This document shows positions 23,265 to 32,967 of a DNA stretch of 64,000 nt, piece after piece. Under the pieces are notes generated by a model. It was not told the origin of the DNA. It saw only the letters and a program-made list of their open reading frames with translations, and ran no database searches. The stretch spans positions 288,001-352,000 of the forward strand of contig JBBRSP010000001.1 in assembly GCA_038245295.1 (NCBI GenBank), given 5' to 3'. The DNA comes from Candidatus Binatia bacterium. GTDB taxonomy: Bacteria > Desulfobacterota > Binatia > HRBIN30. The first letter of the stretch is position 1; each line of letters opens with the position of its first letter. A program made the translations under genes and the position numbers.

Positions 23265-25034
23265 TTACTTACCCGCCATCGCCGTCAGCAAACGGCGCAC
23301 CGCCCCCGCGGTTGGCTCCGCTAATCCGTCCGCCAACGCCATTTCGAACTGCTTTCGCGCCGCCTCGCGCTGCCCGAGAGCCTGCAGCGATTGTCCCAGG
23401 CCGACGCGGATTTCCGGCCCGTGTGGATTGAGATCGAGAGCGCTCTGGAAGCGGCGGCGAGCGCTTTCTCCCAGACGTTGTTGCTCCTCGTCGGTGGTTG
23501 CCGCCAGGGCGCGCTGCAAGGCGATGATGCCGAGGTTGTAGAGCACTTCGGATTCGGGCTGAATCGCCGCGGCCTGTTCGTAGAGCTTCTGTGCCTCGTC
23601 GAGATTCTGCTCCTGCAAGGCCAGACTGCCGAGGTTGTTGAACAGGACGTAGCGACCGCGCGCGTCGTTGCGGCGAGTCAGTGCCTGCTTGAACAGCTCG
23701 GTGGCGCGTCGGCGATCGCCTTGGTCGATGTAGGCACTGGCCAGACTGCGCAGCGGTAAGGCGTCGGTCTGATTCTTGGCCGCCGTGTCGGTCCACAACG
23801 CCATGTTGCTGGCCCAGACGCGGTTGCGGGCGATCGTCGCCATCGATCCCAGTGCGACGACCAGGGCGATCCCTGTCACGAAGCCGATCTCTGCAGCTCT
23901 GCTCGGCCAGCGCCGCAAGCTCTCGCCGACTCCCCAACCGACGAGCAGGCAGAAGGCGATCGACGGAATGTAGAGATAACGTTCGGCCACCGGCGCGGCG
24001 GGGATCTTGACGACGATGGCCAACGACGGGGCAATCGCCAGAAACAGCCAGGTGAGGAGGAAGGTGACGCGGCGGTCCCGCGACCAACTCCAGGCCGCAG
24101 CGACCAACGCCGCGGCGATGCCCAGGACACACGCCAGCAGGGCAAGAGGCGATGTCTCAAGGTCGGAGATGTAGGCGGATTGCTGAATGGGCAGCATCAG
24201 GTTGCGCAAGTAGAAGCCGACCGCCGCGAGAATCTTCATGGGCGTTTCGCTGTCGATCGCCGCCGGCGTGCCGCCCGCGACGCTGGTCAATACGATCGAG
24301 CGTAGCGTCAGGTAGGCGGCGGCGGCGATGCCGCAGGCCACGGCGTACGGCTGCCAGCGTCGCTCGTCGGGGCCGAGCCAGGCGACGGCCAGGGGAAGCA
24401 GGACAACCGATGGGAACGCCGTCTCCTTGGCGAGCAGACCAAGGAAAACCAGGCTTGCCGCAACCCACGCAACCCATGGTGCTCGCGCCCGCGGATCGAG
24501 GGCTAGATTCAGCGCCGCCAGCGGGCCGAGAGCCGCCAGTACATCCGATCGCCCCGATGCCCAGGCCACCGATTCACTATGGATCGGATGCACGGCGAAC
24601 AGGGCGGCTGCGGCGGTTGCCGCCCACACCCCACGTCGCTCGCGCCCGAACAGCAGCACGCCGAGGCGCCAGACCAGCAGGCTGACAAGGGCGTTGTAGA
24701 AAACGACCGACACGTGGAAGGCGCGTGGCCCCGTTCCCGAGATGGAGCGATCGAGCAGGTACGACAGAGTTGTCAGGGGACGATAGTAGTCGGGGCTGTA
24801 CTGCGGGATGTCGCGCGGCGGAAAGAAGACCGTGCCGACGTTCTTGAAGACGTCGAGCTGACGGTCGAGGACGATCGGGTCGTCCCAGACGTGGCCGTTG
24901 CCGAAGGCGTTTGCATAAACACCAACGGCCAACAGGATGACGCAGGCGGCCGGCCACCACGGAGTGTCCGTGGTGGCCCGGCTCTCTACGATGGGTTGTC
25001 GCTGCTTGGCGGGCTTGCTGTCTCGGCTGCGCAC
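23265..25034 (-). CDS. TMTC-like GT-C membrane glycosyltransferase with TPR repeats (second paralogue)
   Basis: VWDD, YYRPL, HPIHSESVAWASGRSD, AKE, AERYLYIPS, RNRVW, TPRs. Confidence 0.85.
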   Translation of the reverse strand: MRSRDSKPAKQRQPIVESRATTDTPWWPAACVILLAVGVYANAFGNGHVWDDPIVLDRQLDVFKNVGTVFFPPRDIPQYSPDYYRPLTTLSYLLDRSISGTGPRAFHVSVVFYNALVSLLVWRLGVLLFGRERRGVWAATAAAALFAVHPIHSESVAWASGRSDVLAALGPLAALNLALDPRARAPWVAWVAASLVFLGLLAKETAFPSVVLLPLAVAWLGPDERRWQPYAVACGIAAAAYLTLRSIVLTSVAGGTPAAIDSETPMKILAAVGFYLRNLMLPIQQSAYISDLETSPLALLACVLGIAAALVAAAWSWSRDRRVTFLLTWLFLAIAPSLAIVVKIPAAPVAERYLYIPSIAFCLLVGWGVGESLRRWPSRAAEIGFVTGIALVVALGSMATIARNRVWASNMALWTDTAAKNQTDALPLRSLASAYIDQGDRRRATELFKQALTRRNDARGRYVLFNNLGSLALQEQNLDEAQKLYEQAAAIQPESEVLYNLGIIALQRALAATTDEEQQRLGESARRRFQSALDLNPHGPEIRVGLGQSLQALGQREAARKQFEMALADGLAEPTAGAVRRLLTAMAGK

Positions 25035-26356
25035 GCGGCACCCGGGCCGATCTTCGCTTCGTCGAGATTGCCGACCACGACCATCACGAGCTCCTCGGGC
25101 CGCAGATACTGGCGCGCGGCGCGGTGAACGTCCTCTTTCGTGACCGCGTTGACACGTTCGGCGTATCGATCGGTATAGTCGCTTCCGAGCCCGTAGAACT
25201 CCACCTGCCCGAGGAAGCCAGCCACCTTGGAGTTGGTGTCGAGGCGCAGCGGAAAACTACCGGTCAAGTAAAGTTTGGCGTTGGCCAGATCTTCATCCGT
25301 GACCAGCTCGTCGCGCATACGTTGGACTTCGGCGCACGTCTTGCGGATCGCGTCGGCCGCCGAAGCATTCTTGGTCTGCATGACGATCTGAAAGGCACCT
25401 GGAGATTGGTTTACCGAGAATCCGCTGCTCACCGAGTAGGCGAGGCCGCCTTTGACACGCACACTTTCCATCAGCCGCGACGTGAAGCCGCCGCCGCCGA
25501 AGATAAAATTCATCATGTTGGCGGCGAAGTAGTCGGGACTACTGCGCTCGATGCCGCGGTGCCCGAGGATGATGTTTGTCTGCGTTAGCGGCTTGTTGAT
25601 GGTCAACGTCTGCGGCGCGGCGGCGCGTCGTTCCCCATATTGAAAAGGGGCGGTCGTATTCGGCTTCCAGGCGGCGAAGAGGGTTTCGAGACGTGCGGCC
25701 ATCTCGTCCGCGGTTGTATCCCCGGCGACACTGATGATGGCTCCGTTGGGCCGATAGAAATCATGATGGAAGGCGACGACGTCGCGGCGCGTCAGGGCGG
25801 CCACCGACTTCAGCGATCCCTGCCCGGGATGACCGTACGGTTCGCCGGCGAAGACGGTCTCGACAAAGCGGCGCCCCGCCACCTGTCCCGGTTGGTCCTC
25901 TTCCGCGTGCAACCCGGCCAAAGCGGCTTCGCGACGGCGATTTACTTCCGCGTCGGCAAAGGTCGGTCGCAACAAGACGTCGGCAAGCAGGCCCAGGCCG
26001 GTATCGAGATCCTTCTTGAGGACGACGAGTGTGGTGGTGGCGAAGTCTTCGTCGGTTCCCGATGAGATCGCGGCGCCGAGGGAATCGATGGCGTCGTGGA
26101 TCTCGGCGGCTGTGCGTTTACCGGCGCCCTCGGTGAGCAAATCGGCGGTCAGGTTGGCGACGCCGTCCTTGCCGGCGGGGTCGCGGCGTGTGCCCGCTTC
26201 GAGGATCACCTGGGTAACGACCATCGGCAGGCTCGGCTGCGCCGAGACGAGCAGAATGCTGCCGTTCGACAACGTGCGTCGCTCGAAGGGCAGCGCCGAA
26301 GCGATTCGGCTCACGGCCATCAGGGCCAGGGCAAGGATGCAGATGCGACTGCGCAT
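24986..26356 (-). CDS. M16 (pitrilysin) peptidase, non-catalytic subunit
   Basis: Signal peptide; HxxEH replaced by NLTAD; PYGHP, GGGGFTSRL, GLAYSV. Confidence 0.9.
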   Translation of the reverse strand: MRSRICILALALMAVSRIASALPFERRTLSNGSILLVSAQPSLPMVVTQVILEAGTRRDPAGKDGVANLTADLLTEGAGKRTAAEIHDAIDSLGAAISSGTDEDFATTTLVVLKKDLDTGLGLLADVLLRPTFADAEVNRRREAALAGLHAEEDQPGQVAGRRFVETVFAGEPYGHPGQGSLKSVAALTRRDVVAFHHDFYRPNGAIISVAGDTTADEMAARLETLFAAWKPNTTAPFQYGERRAAAPQTLTINKPLTQTNIILGHRGIERSSPDYFAANMMNFIFGGGGFTSRLMESVRVKGGLAYSVSSGFSVNQSPGAFQIVMQTKNASAADAIRKTCAEVQRMRDELVTDEDLANAKLYLTGSFPLRLDTNSKVAGFLGQVEFYGLGSDYTDRYAERVNAVTKEDVHRAARQYLRPEELVMVVVGNLDEAKIGPGAACAAETASPPSSDNPS

Positions 26357-27744
26357 TAGTGTAGCCTCCCCATCGGTGGTGCTGCCGGAGGCAGTGGCCG
26401 GTCCTTGCTCGGTGGAAGTGGATCGAGCACGCCCACCGTGCGGTTTTCCGTCGTCAGATACTTCTGCGCCACGCGCGCGACGTCGTCGGCGGTGACGGCA
26501 CGAACGCGCGGCAGGTACTCATCGATCTGCTTCCAGCCGCCGGCGATCTCGTATTGCGCCAGCATCATCGCTTTGTAGAACTGCGAGTCCTGAGCGAGGA
26601 CGAAGCCCGCCTCGATGCCTTGTTTGGCCTTCTGCAACTCGGCCGCGGTTACCGCGCCTTTGGCAGTCTTAATCAATTCGACTTCCACCAGCAGCGACTT
26701 TTCGACCGCGGCGGCCGTCTTCCCAGGCAGAGGTTGGCCGTGAACGATGAACAGATTGGGATCGGCCGAGGTGTACTGGTAGTCGGTGCCGGCTTCGCGC
26801 GCGATGCGTTGCTCATACACCAGGCGCTTGTGCAGGCGCGTGCTCTCGCCGCCGGCGAGGACGGCGGACAGGACTTCCAGAGCCGGCGCGTCGGCGTCCT
26901 TCAGATTGGGGACGTGATAGGCCATTGCCACGAACGGCAATTGCGCCTCGCGCCGCAAGGAGAGACGCCGTTCGCCTTGCTGCGGCGGTTCGACGGCACG
27001 CACCGCCGGCGCTTGTTGGCCGGCCGGAATGCTGCCGAACTGCGCTTCGATTTCCTTCAAGAGCTCGTCGCTGTTGAAATCACCGACGCTGACGATGAAC
27101 GCATTGGCGGGCGCGTAATACAGGCGGTAATGGGCGAGGGCGTCTTCGCGGGTTGCCTGGCGCAGGTCACCCATCCAGCCGATGACGGGCCATTCATAGG
27201 GATGGGCGGTGAACGCGGTGGCGGACAGGGATTCGAACAGAGCGGCGGTCGGATTATCTTCGGTGCGCAGCCGGCGTTCCTCGATGACCACCTGAAGCTC
27301 CGGACCGAAATGCGCGTCGTCGAAGCTCAGGTTGTGCATGCGGTCGGCTTCGAGCTCGATCAGCACCGGCAAGCGATCACTGGCAATGTTGGCGAAGTAC
27401 GCCGTGTTGTCATTGGCCGTGAAGGCGTTCTCGTTGCCGCCGTTGCGTTGGATGATGCGCGAGTATTCCTCGGGGCCGTGTTTCTCGGTGCCTTTGAACA
27501 TCAAATGTTCGAGCAGATGCGATAGGCCGGTCTTGCCGAGCTCTTCATTGCGCGAGCCGACGCGATACCAGACTTGAAAGGTCGATACCCCGGCTTTGTG
27601 GTCTTCGAGCAACAACACCTTCATTCCGTTGGCGAGCTGATGTTCCTTGACGCGACTGCTGTAGTCGAGATCGGCCGAGGCGATGCGCGCCACAAACAGG
27701 AGCGCCGCGGCGACAACCGCGGCGCATTGGTACGTCTTGTACAT
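26356..27744 (-). CDS. M16 (pitrilysin) zinc peptidase, catalytic subunit
   Basis: VGSRNE, HLLEHLMFKGT, NAFT, EERR, HPYEWPVIGW; start may be 27780. Confidence 0.93.
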   Translation of the reverse strand: MYKTYQCAAVVAAALLFVARIASADLDYSSRVKEHQLANGMKVLLLEDHKAGVSTFQVWYRVGSRNEELGKTGLSHLLEHLMFKGTEKHGPEEYSRIIQRNGGNENAFTANDNTAYFANIASDRLPVLIELEADRMHNLSFDDAHFGPELQVVIEERRLRTEDNPTAALFESLSATAFTAHPYEWPVIGWMGDLRQATREDALAHYRLYYAPANAFIVSVGDFNSDELLKEIEAQFGSIPAGQQAPAVRAVEPPQQGERRLSLRREAQLPFVAMAYHVPNLKDADAPALEVLSAVLAGGESTRLHKRLVYEQRIAREAGTDYQYTSADPNLFIVHGQPLPGKTAAAVEKSLLVEVELIKTAKGAVTAAELQKAKQGIEAGFVLAQDSQFYKAMMLAQYEIAGGWKQIDEYLPRVRAVTADDVARVAQKYLTTENRTVGVLDPLPPSKDRPLPPAAPPMGRLH

Positions 27745-27783
27745 GGGGAGGCGGGTAGCAGCAGCCCGTGGCAAAGACAATTC

Positions 27784-28389
27784 TCAAGGCTGGGACAGAA
27801 CCTGATGCACGTCTTTCTGTAGGGCCTCTGACAGGTGCTGCAGATCGCGACTCAACGCTGCTACCAGCGCGTGGGGCTGGTTACAGGCGATCGACTCTTC
27901 GAAGCGGTAAGGAAGCTCGGCGACGTAGGTGGCGGGTTTCGGTAGCTGCTGACGCACCACACTGACACGGCCTACGAGGACCGCGCTGCAGCCAACAGCC
28001 TGCGATTGTTCCTCTAGGGTGTCGATGTAGACGGCAATCTCGAAATCGGCAGGCACGCTGCCGAGCGTCGCTTGCACACCGCGATAAACATTGGAGGCGA
28101 TCAGATCACGCACCAGGATGTCGTGAACGAGCGCCCCAGGTGCGGCGGACCAGCGGTGGTAATGATACGAGTCGCCGGTGAACGGCCCGGTACGGTAGGC
28201 AATTGGTTCGCGATCGTAGGCGGCGGCGACGTCGACATTGCTGAGGCGGAGCACGAACGGAAGTTTGGCGAGCCCGAGTGCCGGCGCTTCGTAGTCGAAA
28301 CGGTAGCGTTCGACATGCGGCGCCGGCTGCGCCAGTTGAACGCAGCCCGCGAGGCCGAGAGCTGCCAGCGCAACAACGAACCGCTTCAC
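27784..28389 (-). CDS. PqiC-like ABC transport auxiliary lipoprotein
   Basis: Lipobox LAGC; IAYR, YHRWSAAP; follows MCE gene. Confidence 0.8.
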   Translation of the reverse strand: MKRFVVALAALGLAGCVQLAQPAPHVERYRFDYEAPALGLAKLPFVLRLSNVDVAAAYDREPIAYRTGPFTGDSYHYHRWSAAPGALVHDILVRDLIASNVYRGVQATLGSVPADFEIAVYIDTLEEQSQAVGCSAVLVGRVSVVRQQLPKPATYVAELPYRFEESIACNQPHALVAALSRDLQHLSEALQKDVHQVLSQP

Positions 28390-29327
28390 GGCTGTTCTCC
28401 TTCCAGGCGGCGCGGCTCAGGCGGTGAGCCGAACAGCAGGCGCGACGGCTGGCCGCGTAGCTCGTCGGTCAGGCCACGCAGGTTGGCGGTCGTGCGATCC
28501 ACTTGTTGCAGCGTACGTTGCATCTCGACCACAGCATTCTGTGCTGACAGGATGAGTTGTCCGAGCTGCGCTACCGTGTCGGCCATCTTTTGACCATTGA
28601 GATTGCGATGTAGGTCATCGACCACCAAGGACGCCTGTTGGCTTGCGTGAGTGGCACTGGTGATCATCGGCGCGAGATCGATGCCGTGGGTGATGCGTTG
28701 GAGATTCTCCGCCGTGGCGCGTGTGGCGTCGGTCGTCGATTGCAGATTGGTCAGCAGCGCATCGATGCGTTGATCCTGCATGACCTTGGAGGCGGCTTGC
28801 AACGCCTCGCGGGTGTCGTTGGAGATTCCGGCGAAGTCGATCTTCATGATCTTGTCGTAAACATCGGTCAGGGCCGCCTGCACGGCCTTGAAGCTCGACC
28901 GGGCCGACGGGATCATCGCGGTAGGTGGCTTGAAGGTCAGCGGCGGCGCCTGGTTGAGCGCGTCGCCGGTGCGTCGATCAATTTCGATGTAGCGTAAACC
29001 GGTGATACCGCTGAGCTCAAGGGTGGCGCGCAGTGTGTCGTCCCCTTTCAGGGCCTTGGCAGTCTCGACCTTGATATCCATGCGCACCTCGATCAGTTCG
29101 TTGTCGGGCGCGATGGTGATCGTGTCGACGCGGCCCGCCGGTACGCCCCGGTATTTGACCGCTGAGCCGCTGTCGAGACCTTGCACCGACTCGCCGAAGT
29201 AGGTGACGAAATGTACGGTGTCCTCGAAGAATCGCGTCGCGCCGACCCAGATGGTGCCGACGACACCGATGACGACGGCGGCGATGACGAAGATGCCGAC
29301 CTGGAACTTATGCGCTTCGGTGGCCAA
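28386..29327 (-). CDS. mlaD: MCE/MlaD family substrate-binding protein
   Basis: ESVQGLDSGSAVKYRGVPAGRV, GITGLRYIEI, helical tail; TTG start 7 nt after AGGAGA. Confidence 0.85.
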   Translation of the reverse strand: MATEAHKFQVGIFVIAAVVIGVVGTIWVGATRFFEDTVHFVTYFGESVQGLDSGSAVKYRGVPAGRVDTITIAPDNELIEVRMDIKVETAKALKGDDTLRATLELSGITGLRYIEIDRRTGDALNQAPPLTFKPPTAMIPSARSSFKAVQAALTDVYDKIMKIDFAGISNDTREALQAASKVMQDQRIDALLTNLQSTTDATRATAENLQRITHGIDLAPMITSATHASQQASLVVDDLHRNLNGQKMADTVAQLGQLILSAQNAVVEMQRTLQQVDRTTANLRGLTDELRGQPSRLLFGSPPEPRRLEGEQP

Positions 29328-30105
29328 TGGTGGATCTCCTGGCTTGGAAGGACTCGCCCGGCAAGCGGTTGAAAAAAGCATGCACGCGCGGATCGGATGA
29401 GCTGTCGCGCAGCTCCTCCGGCTTCCCCGTGGCGATGATTTTATGTGTCTCTCCGTCGAGCATGATGGCGCGTTCGGCGATGCCGAAAATACTCGCCAGT
29501 TCGTGTGATACCACGACGATCGTCGTGCCCAGGCTGCGGTTGATTTGCAAGATGAGCTCGTCGAGCTCGACCGAGGTGATCGGGTCGAGCCCAGCCGACG
29601 GTTCGTCGAAGAAAAGAATGCCCGGGTCGAGCGCCATGGCGCGAGCCAGGCCGGCACGTTTCTTCATGCCGCCGGACAATTCGGCGATGCGGAATTCCTC
29701 GTAGCCGTCGAGCTTGACCATGCCGAGCTTCAAGCGGACCAGGAGATCGATCATACGGCGTGGCAGGGTTGTGTACTCCTCCAGTGCCAAGGCGATGTTT
29801 TGCCCCAAGCTCAAAGACCCGAATAGGGCCCCGGCCTGAAACAAGACTCCGAATTTGCGCCGGATGCGCAGCAGGTCAGTATCGGTGGCGGCACCGACTT
29901 CGTCGCCGTCGAGCCAAACGTGCCCGGAGATCGGTTTCTGCAAGCCGATGAGATGACGAAGCAGGGTTGTCTTGCCACATCCCGAGCCGCCGACGATGAC
30001 GAATCGTTCACCGCGCTGTACCTCGAAGCTGATGTCGTCGAGGATGGTGCGGGTGTCGTAACCAGCCACCAGGTTTTCAACGCGTATGATCGGTTCGGTT
30101 GGCAT
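29308..30105 (-). CDS. mlaF: MlaF-like ABC transporter ATP-binding protein
   Basis: GGSGCGKT, FQAGALF, LSGGMKKRAGLARA, FFDEPSAGLDP. Confidence 0.9.
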   Translation of the reverse strand: MPTEPIIRVENLVAGYDTRTILDDISFEVQRGERFVIVGGSGCGKTTLLRHLIGLQKPISGHVWLDGDEVGAATDTDLLRIRRKFGVLFQAGALFGSLSLGQNIALALEEYTTLPRRMIDLLVRLKLGMVKLDGYEEFRIAELSGGMKKRAGLARAMALDPGILFFDEPSAGLDPITSVELDELILQINRSLGTTIVVVSHELASIFGIAERAIMLDGETHKIIATGKPEELRDSSSDPRVHAFFNRLPGESFQARRSTIGHRSA

Positions 30106-31223
30106 CAGATGTATCGGAAGATGATCGTGAATATCGCGTCGGCGAGGATGATCAAGAATATCGCCGCGACGATGGCTGAGGTCGTGATGCGCCCAACGCT
30201 CTCGGCCCCGCTGGTCGCTTCGAAGCCGCGCAGGCAGCCGACGCCGGCGATCAAGATGGCGAACACGACGCTTTTGATCAGGCCGGAGATGACGTCCCAA
30301 CTGCTCAGGGCCCACTGTGTCTGTCGCAGATACACGACGGCTGGCATCCTCATGATCGTCGTGGCGACGAAGATGCCGCCCAGGATGCCGACGAAGTCGG
30401 CGATGATCGTCAGACATGGCTGCATGATGAGTAGAGCGAGGACTTTTGGCGTGACCAGAAAACGGGTCCGGTCGAACCCCATCGTCGTCAACGCGTCAAC
30501 TTCCTCGGAGACCTTCATCGTGCCGATCTCGGCGGCGAAGGCGGCTCCGGAGCGACCGGCGCTGATGATGGCTGTCATCAGCGGGCCCAGCTCGCGCACC
30601 ATCGAGAGGCCGACGAGATTGGCGATATAGATGTCAGCGCCGAATTGTTTGAGCTGGGTGGCTGCCTGCAGGCCGGTGATCACACCCATCAGGAAACTGA
30701 TGAGGGACACGATCGGCACACCGTCGAGCCCGGCGCGCTCCATGTAGAGCCAGGTCTCGCGCCAGCGGATACGGTGTGGCTGCTTGATGGCGTCGCGTAA
30801 GCCGAGGATGACTTCGCCGGTGAAAACCATGAGGTGACGTAGGTCGGTGAGTAGCTCGATCGCCGACGAGCCCAACCCGGCGACCAGGCCGTCGGTTTTC
30901 TCGTGTGCCGGCGCCGCCTCCATGGCGGTGTCAGCCACGAGTTTCAGAAATCCGTCGATCGCCGGGGTCGACTTGCTGATTTCCAACTCGACGCCGCGCT
31001 CGTGGAGAAGGCGTTTGATCTCGAGCAGCACCGCACCGCCACCGCTGTCGAAGTAAGTCACTTGCGACAGGTCCAGGGCAACGTTGCGTTTTGCCGGCGT
31101 GCTGAGTTGGCTCAACTCGGATAGGAAATCCTGTGAGCTACCCGTATCGACGCGTCCCGAGATCGCCAGGGCGACGCTGTCGGGGCCCGCGCCGAGCGCA
31201 TGAATTTCGTAACCGGCGGCCAT
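30105..31223 (-). CDS. mlaE: MlaE-like permease with N-terminal STAS domain
   Basis: STAS LDLSQVTYFDSGG; RELGPLMTAI, GRSGAAFAAEIGTMKVSEEVDAL. Confidence 0.9.
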   Translation of the reverse strand: MAAGYEIHALGAGPDSVALAISGRVDTGSSQDFLSELSQLSTPAKRNVALDLSQVTYFDSGGGAVLLEIKRLLHERGVELEISKSTPAIDGFLKLVADTAMEAAPAHEKTDGLVAGLGSSAIELLTDLRHLMVFTGEVILGLRDAIKQPHRIRWRETWLYMERAGLDGVPIVSLISFLMGVITGLQAATQLKQFGADIYIANLVGLSMVRELGPLMTAIISAGRSGAAFAAEIGTMKVSEEVDALTTMGFDRTRFLVTPKVLALLIMQPCLTIIADFVGILGGIFVATTIMRMPAVVYLRQTQWALSSWDVISGLIKSVVFAILIAGVGCLRGFEATSGAESVGRITTSAIVAAIFLIILADAIFTIIFRYI

Positions 31224-31335
31224 TGGACTCGTGTGTAGCACTGAAAGGCGACGTCGCGAATGCGTTGATCGTGGCATGCCGCGACTAGGCCGGCAGGTGT
31301 TGCACCAAAGTTGGCCCTGGGCGAGAGGACGATCC

Positions 31336-32253
31336 ATGAACAAGGCTGCTGTCGATCCGGCAACGGAGATCTCGCATGAGTTTGTCCAGGCCAACGGGCT
31401 GCGCTTCCACGTCGCCAGCTGCGGCGCTGGTGATCGCTTGGCGCTCTTCCTGCACGGATTTCCCGAGTGCTGGTACTCGTGGCGGGCGCAGATGCCGGCC
31501 CTGGCGAGTCTCGGCTATCGCGTCTGGGCTCCCGATCTGCGCGGCTACGGTCAGACTGATCGGCCGCCTCATCGTGAGGACTATGCCATCGAAACGTTGA
31601 TGGAGGATGTGGGCGCCTTGATCGACGCGTCCGGTGCCCGCGAGACGGTGTTGCTGGCGCACGATTGGGGCGGCGTTATCGCCTGGTACTTTGCGACCCG
31701 GAAGGTGCGGCCCTTACAACGGCTGGTGGTGATGAACTTGCCGCATCCGCAGGTGATGCAGGAGCACCTCTTGCCGCGACAGATCTTCCGTTCGTGGTAT
31801 GCCCTGTTCTTCCAGCTTCCGCGCCTACCGGAAATGGCGATGCGGGCGCGAAACTACCATGCGGTGCGTGCGGCCTTCCTTAATATGGCGATCGACAAGA
31901 GTCGCTTTCCGAGGGAGCTGCTTCAGTTCTACTGCGACGAGGCGGCGCGTCCGGGTGCCCTGACGGCGATGTTCAACTACTACCGCGCCCTCATCCGCGG
32001 CGGCGGCGGCGCCCGTCAGCGCGCCCTTGGCTTCGCAAAGATTGATGTGCCGACACTGATGTTGTGGGGCGAGCACGACGCGGCGCTGGGCAAAGAGACG
32101 ACATACGGAACCGAGCGCTACGTCAACGATCTCACCATTCGCTACCTGCCGCGAGTGTCGCATTGGGTGCAACAGGAAGCCCCGGAGAAGGTCAACGCGA
32201 TGGTCACCGCGTGGTTGAGCGGCCAGCGCGTGCCCGAAGCGCACGAGATCTAA
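31336..32253 (+). CDS. Alpha/beta hydrolase (epoxide hydrolase-like)
   Basis: LHGFPE, PDLRGYG, AHDWGG, SHWVQQEAP. Confidence 0.92.
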   Translation: MNKAAVDPATEISHEFVQANGLRFHVASCGAGDRLALFLHGFPECWYSWRAQMPALASLGYRVWAPDLRGYGQTDRPPHREDYAIETLMEDVGALIDASGARETVLLAHDWGGVIAWYFATRKVRPLQRLVVMNLPHPQVMQEHLLPRQIFRSWYALFFQLPRLPEMAMRARNYHAVRAAFLNMAIDKSRFPRELLQFYCDEAARPGALTAMFNYYRALIRGGGGARQRALGFAKIDVPTLMLWGEHDAALGKETTYGTERYVNDLTIRYLPRVSHWVQQEAPEKVNAMVTAWLSGQRVPEAHEI

Positions 32254-32262
32254 GGCCCGGGC

Positions 32263-32349
32263 AAAGGGTCCTGCCCCCGTTTTCGCTAGCGCGACGCTTG
32301 GCTTCCTTGATGATGTCCGCTGGCAGAAAAGGGTCCTGTCCCCTTTTTC
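32263..32349. repeat. Pair of short REP-like imperfect palindromes
   Basis: AAAGGGTCCTGCCCCCGTTTT and AAAAGGGTCCTGTCCCCTTTTT. Confidence 0.55.
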
Positions 32350-32469
32350 AGGAACCCGATCACCGATGCGGCCCGACCGCGGCGGCGCCGAGTGCGCGGC
32401 GTCGAATTACGATTTGAAGAAGGAATTGTTGCGCTTGGATCGCATGAGGATTAGAGGAGCAGAAGAGAC

Positions 32470-32835
32470 ATGACGCACCGACGCTCACTGCGCATCGCGA
32501 TCCTCTTGAGCCTGACGCTGCTCCTCCAGGCGGCGTACGTCGGTCCGGCGCGTGCCACCGCCAGTGTCCGCGCCATTCATTGCTGCGCCACCCGATGCCA
32601 CCATATGCCGTCGCCGGCACGTTCCGCACGATGCTGCGGCGTCGAGCGCGATGAAAGCGGCCTGGCTCCAGCATCAACGATACAACCTCTGCCTGCACCG
32701 GCCTTCGCGGCGCTCCTTCCTGTGATCGCTGTAACTTCGCCTCTGTCGCGCACGGGTCTACACTTCGACCCAACGGCGCGCCTGTCGGCGCGTGCCGCGC
32801 CAATCTTTCTCCTCACTCTGTCCCTGCGTATCTGA
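32470..32835 (+). CDS. Exported Cys/His-rich leader protein (DUF2946/CutF-like) upstream of the cus operon
   Basis: Signal peptide, HCCATRCHH and RCC, C-terminus RAAPIFLLTLSLRI; GAGGAG RBS. Confidence 0.75.
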   Translation: MTHRRSLRIAILLSLTLLLQAAYVGPARATASVRAIHCCATRCHHMPSPARSARCCGVERDESGLAPASTIQPLPAPAFAALLPVIAVTSPLSRTGLHFDPTARLSARAAPIFLLTLSLRI

Positions 32836-32967
32836 GATTCTCCATCCCGGTTCGGGCGTGTCGTTCGTTCGGCACTGCCCGGAGGTGTCTGTTGGCCATC
32901 CAACAGGCGGCTGAACGATCCCGTTCGGTCCACGATCAGGCCAGTTTCGGCGTGGAGAGATGTCATG
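32833..32967 (+). promoter_or_regulatory. Anti-SD:SD pairing sequestering the TolC ribosome-binding site
   Basis: TCTCCAT (32839-32845) can pair with GTGGAGA (32952-32958); internal hairpin GTCTGTTGG/CCAACAGGC. Confidence 0.6.
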
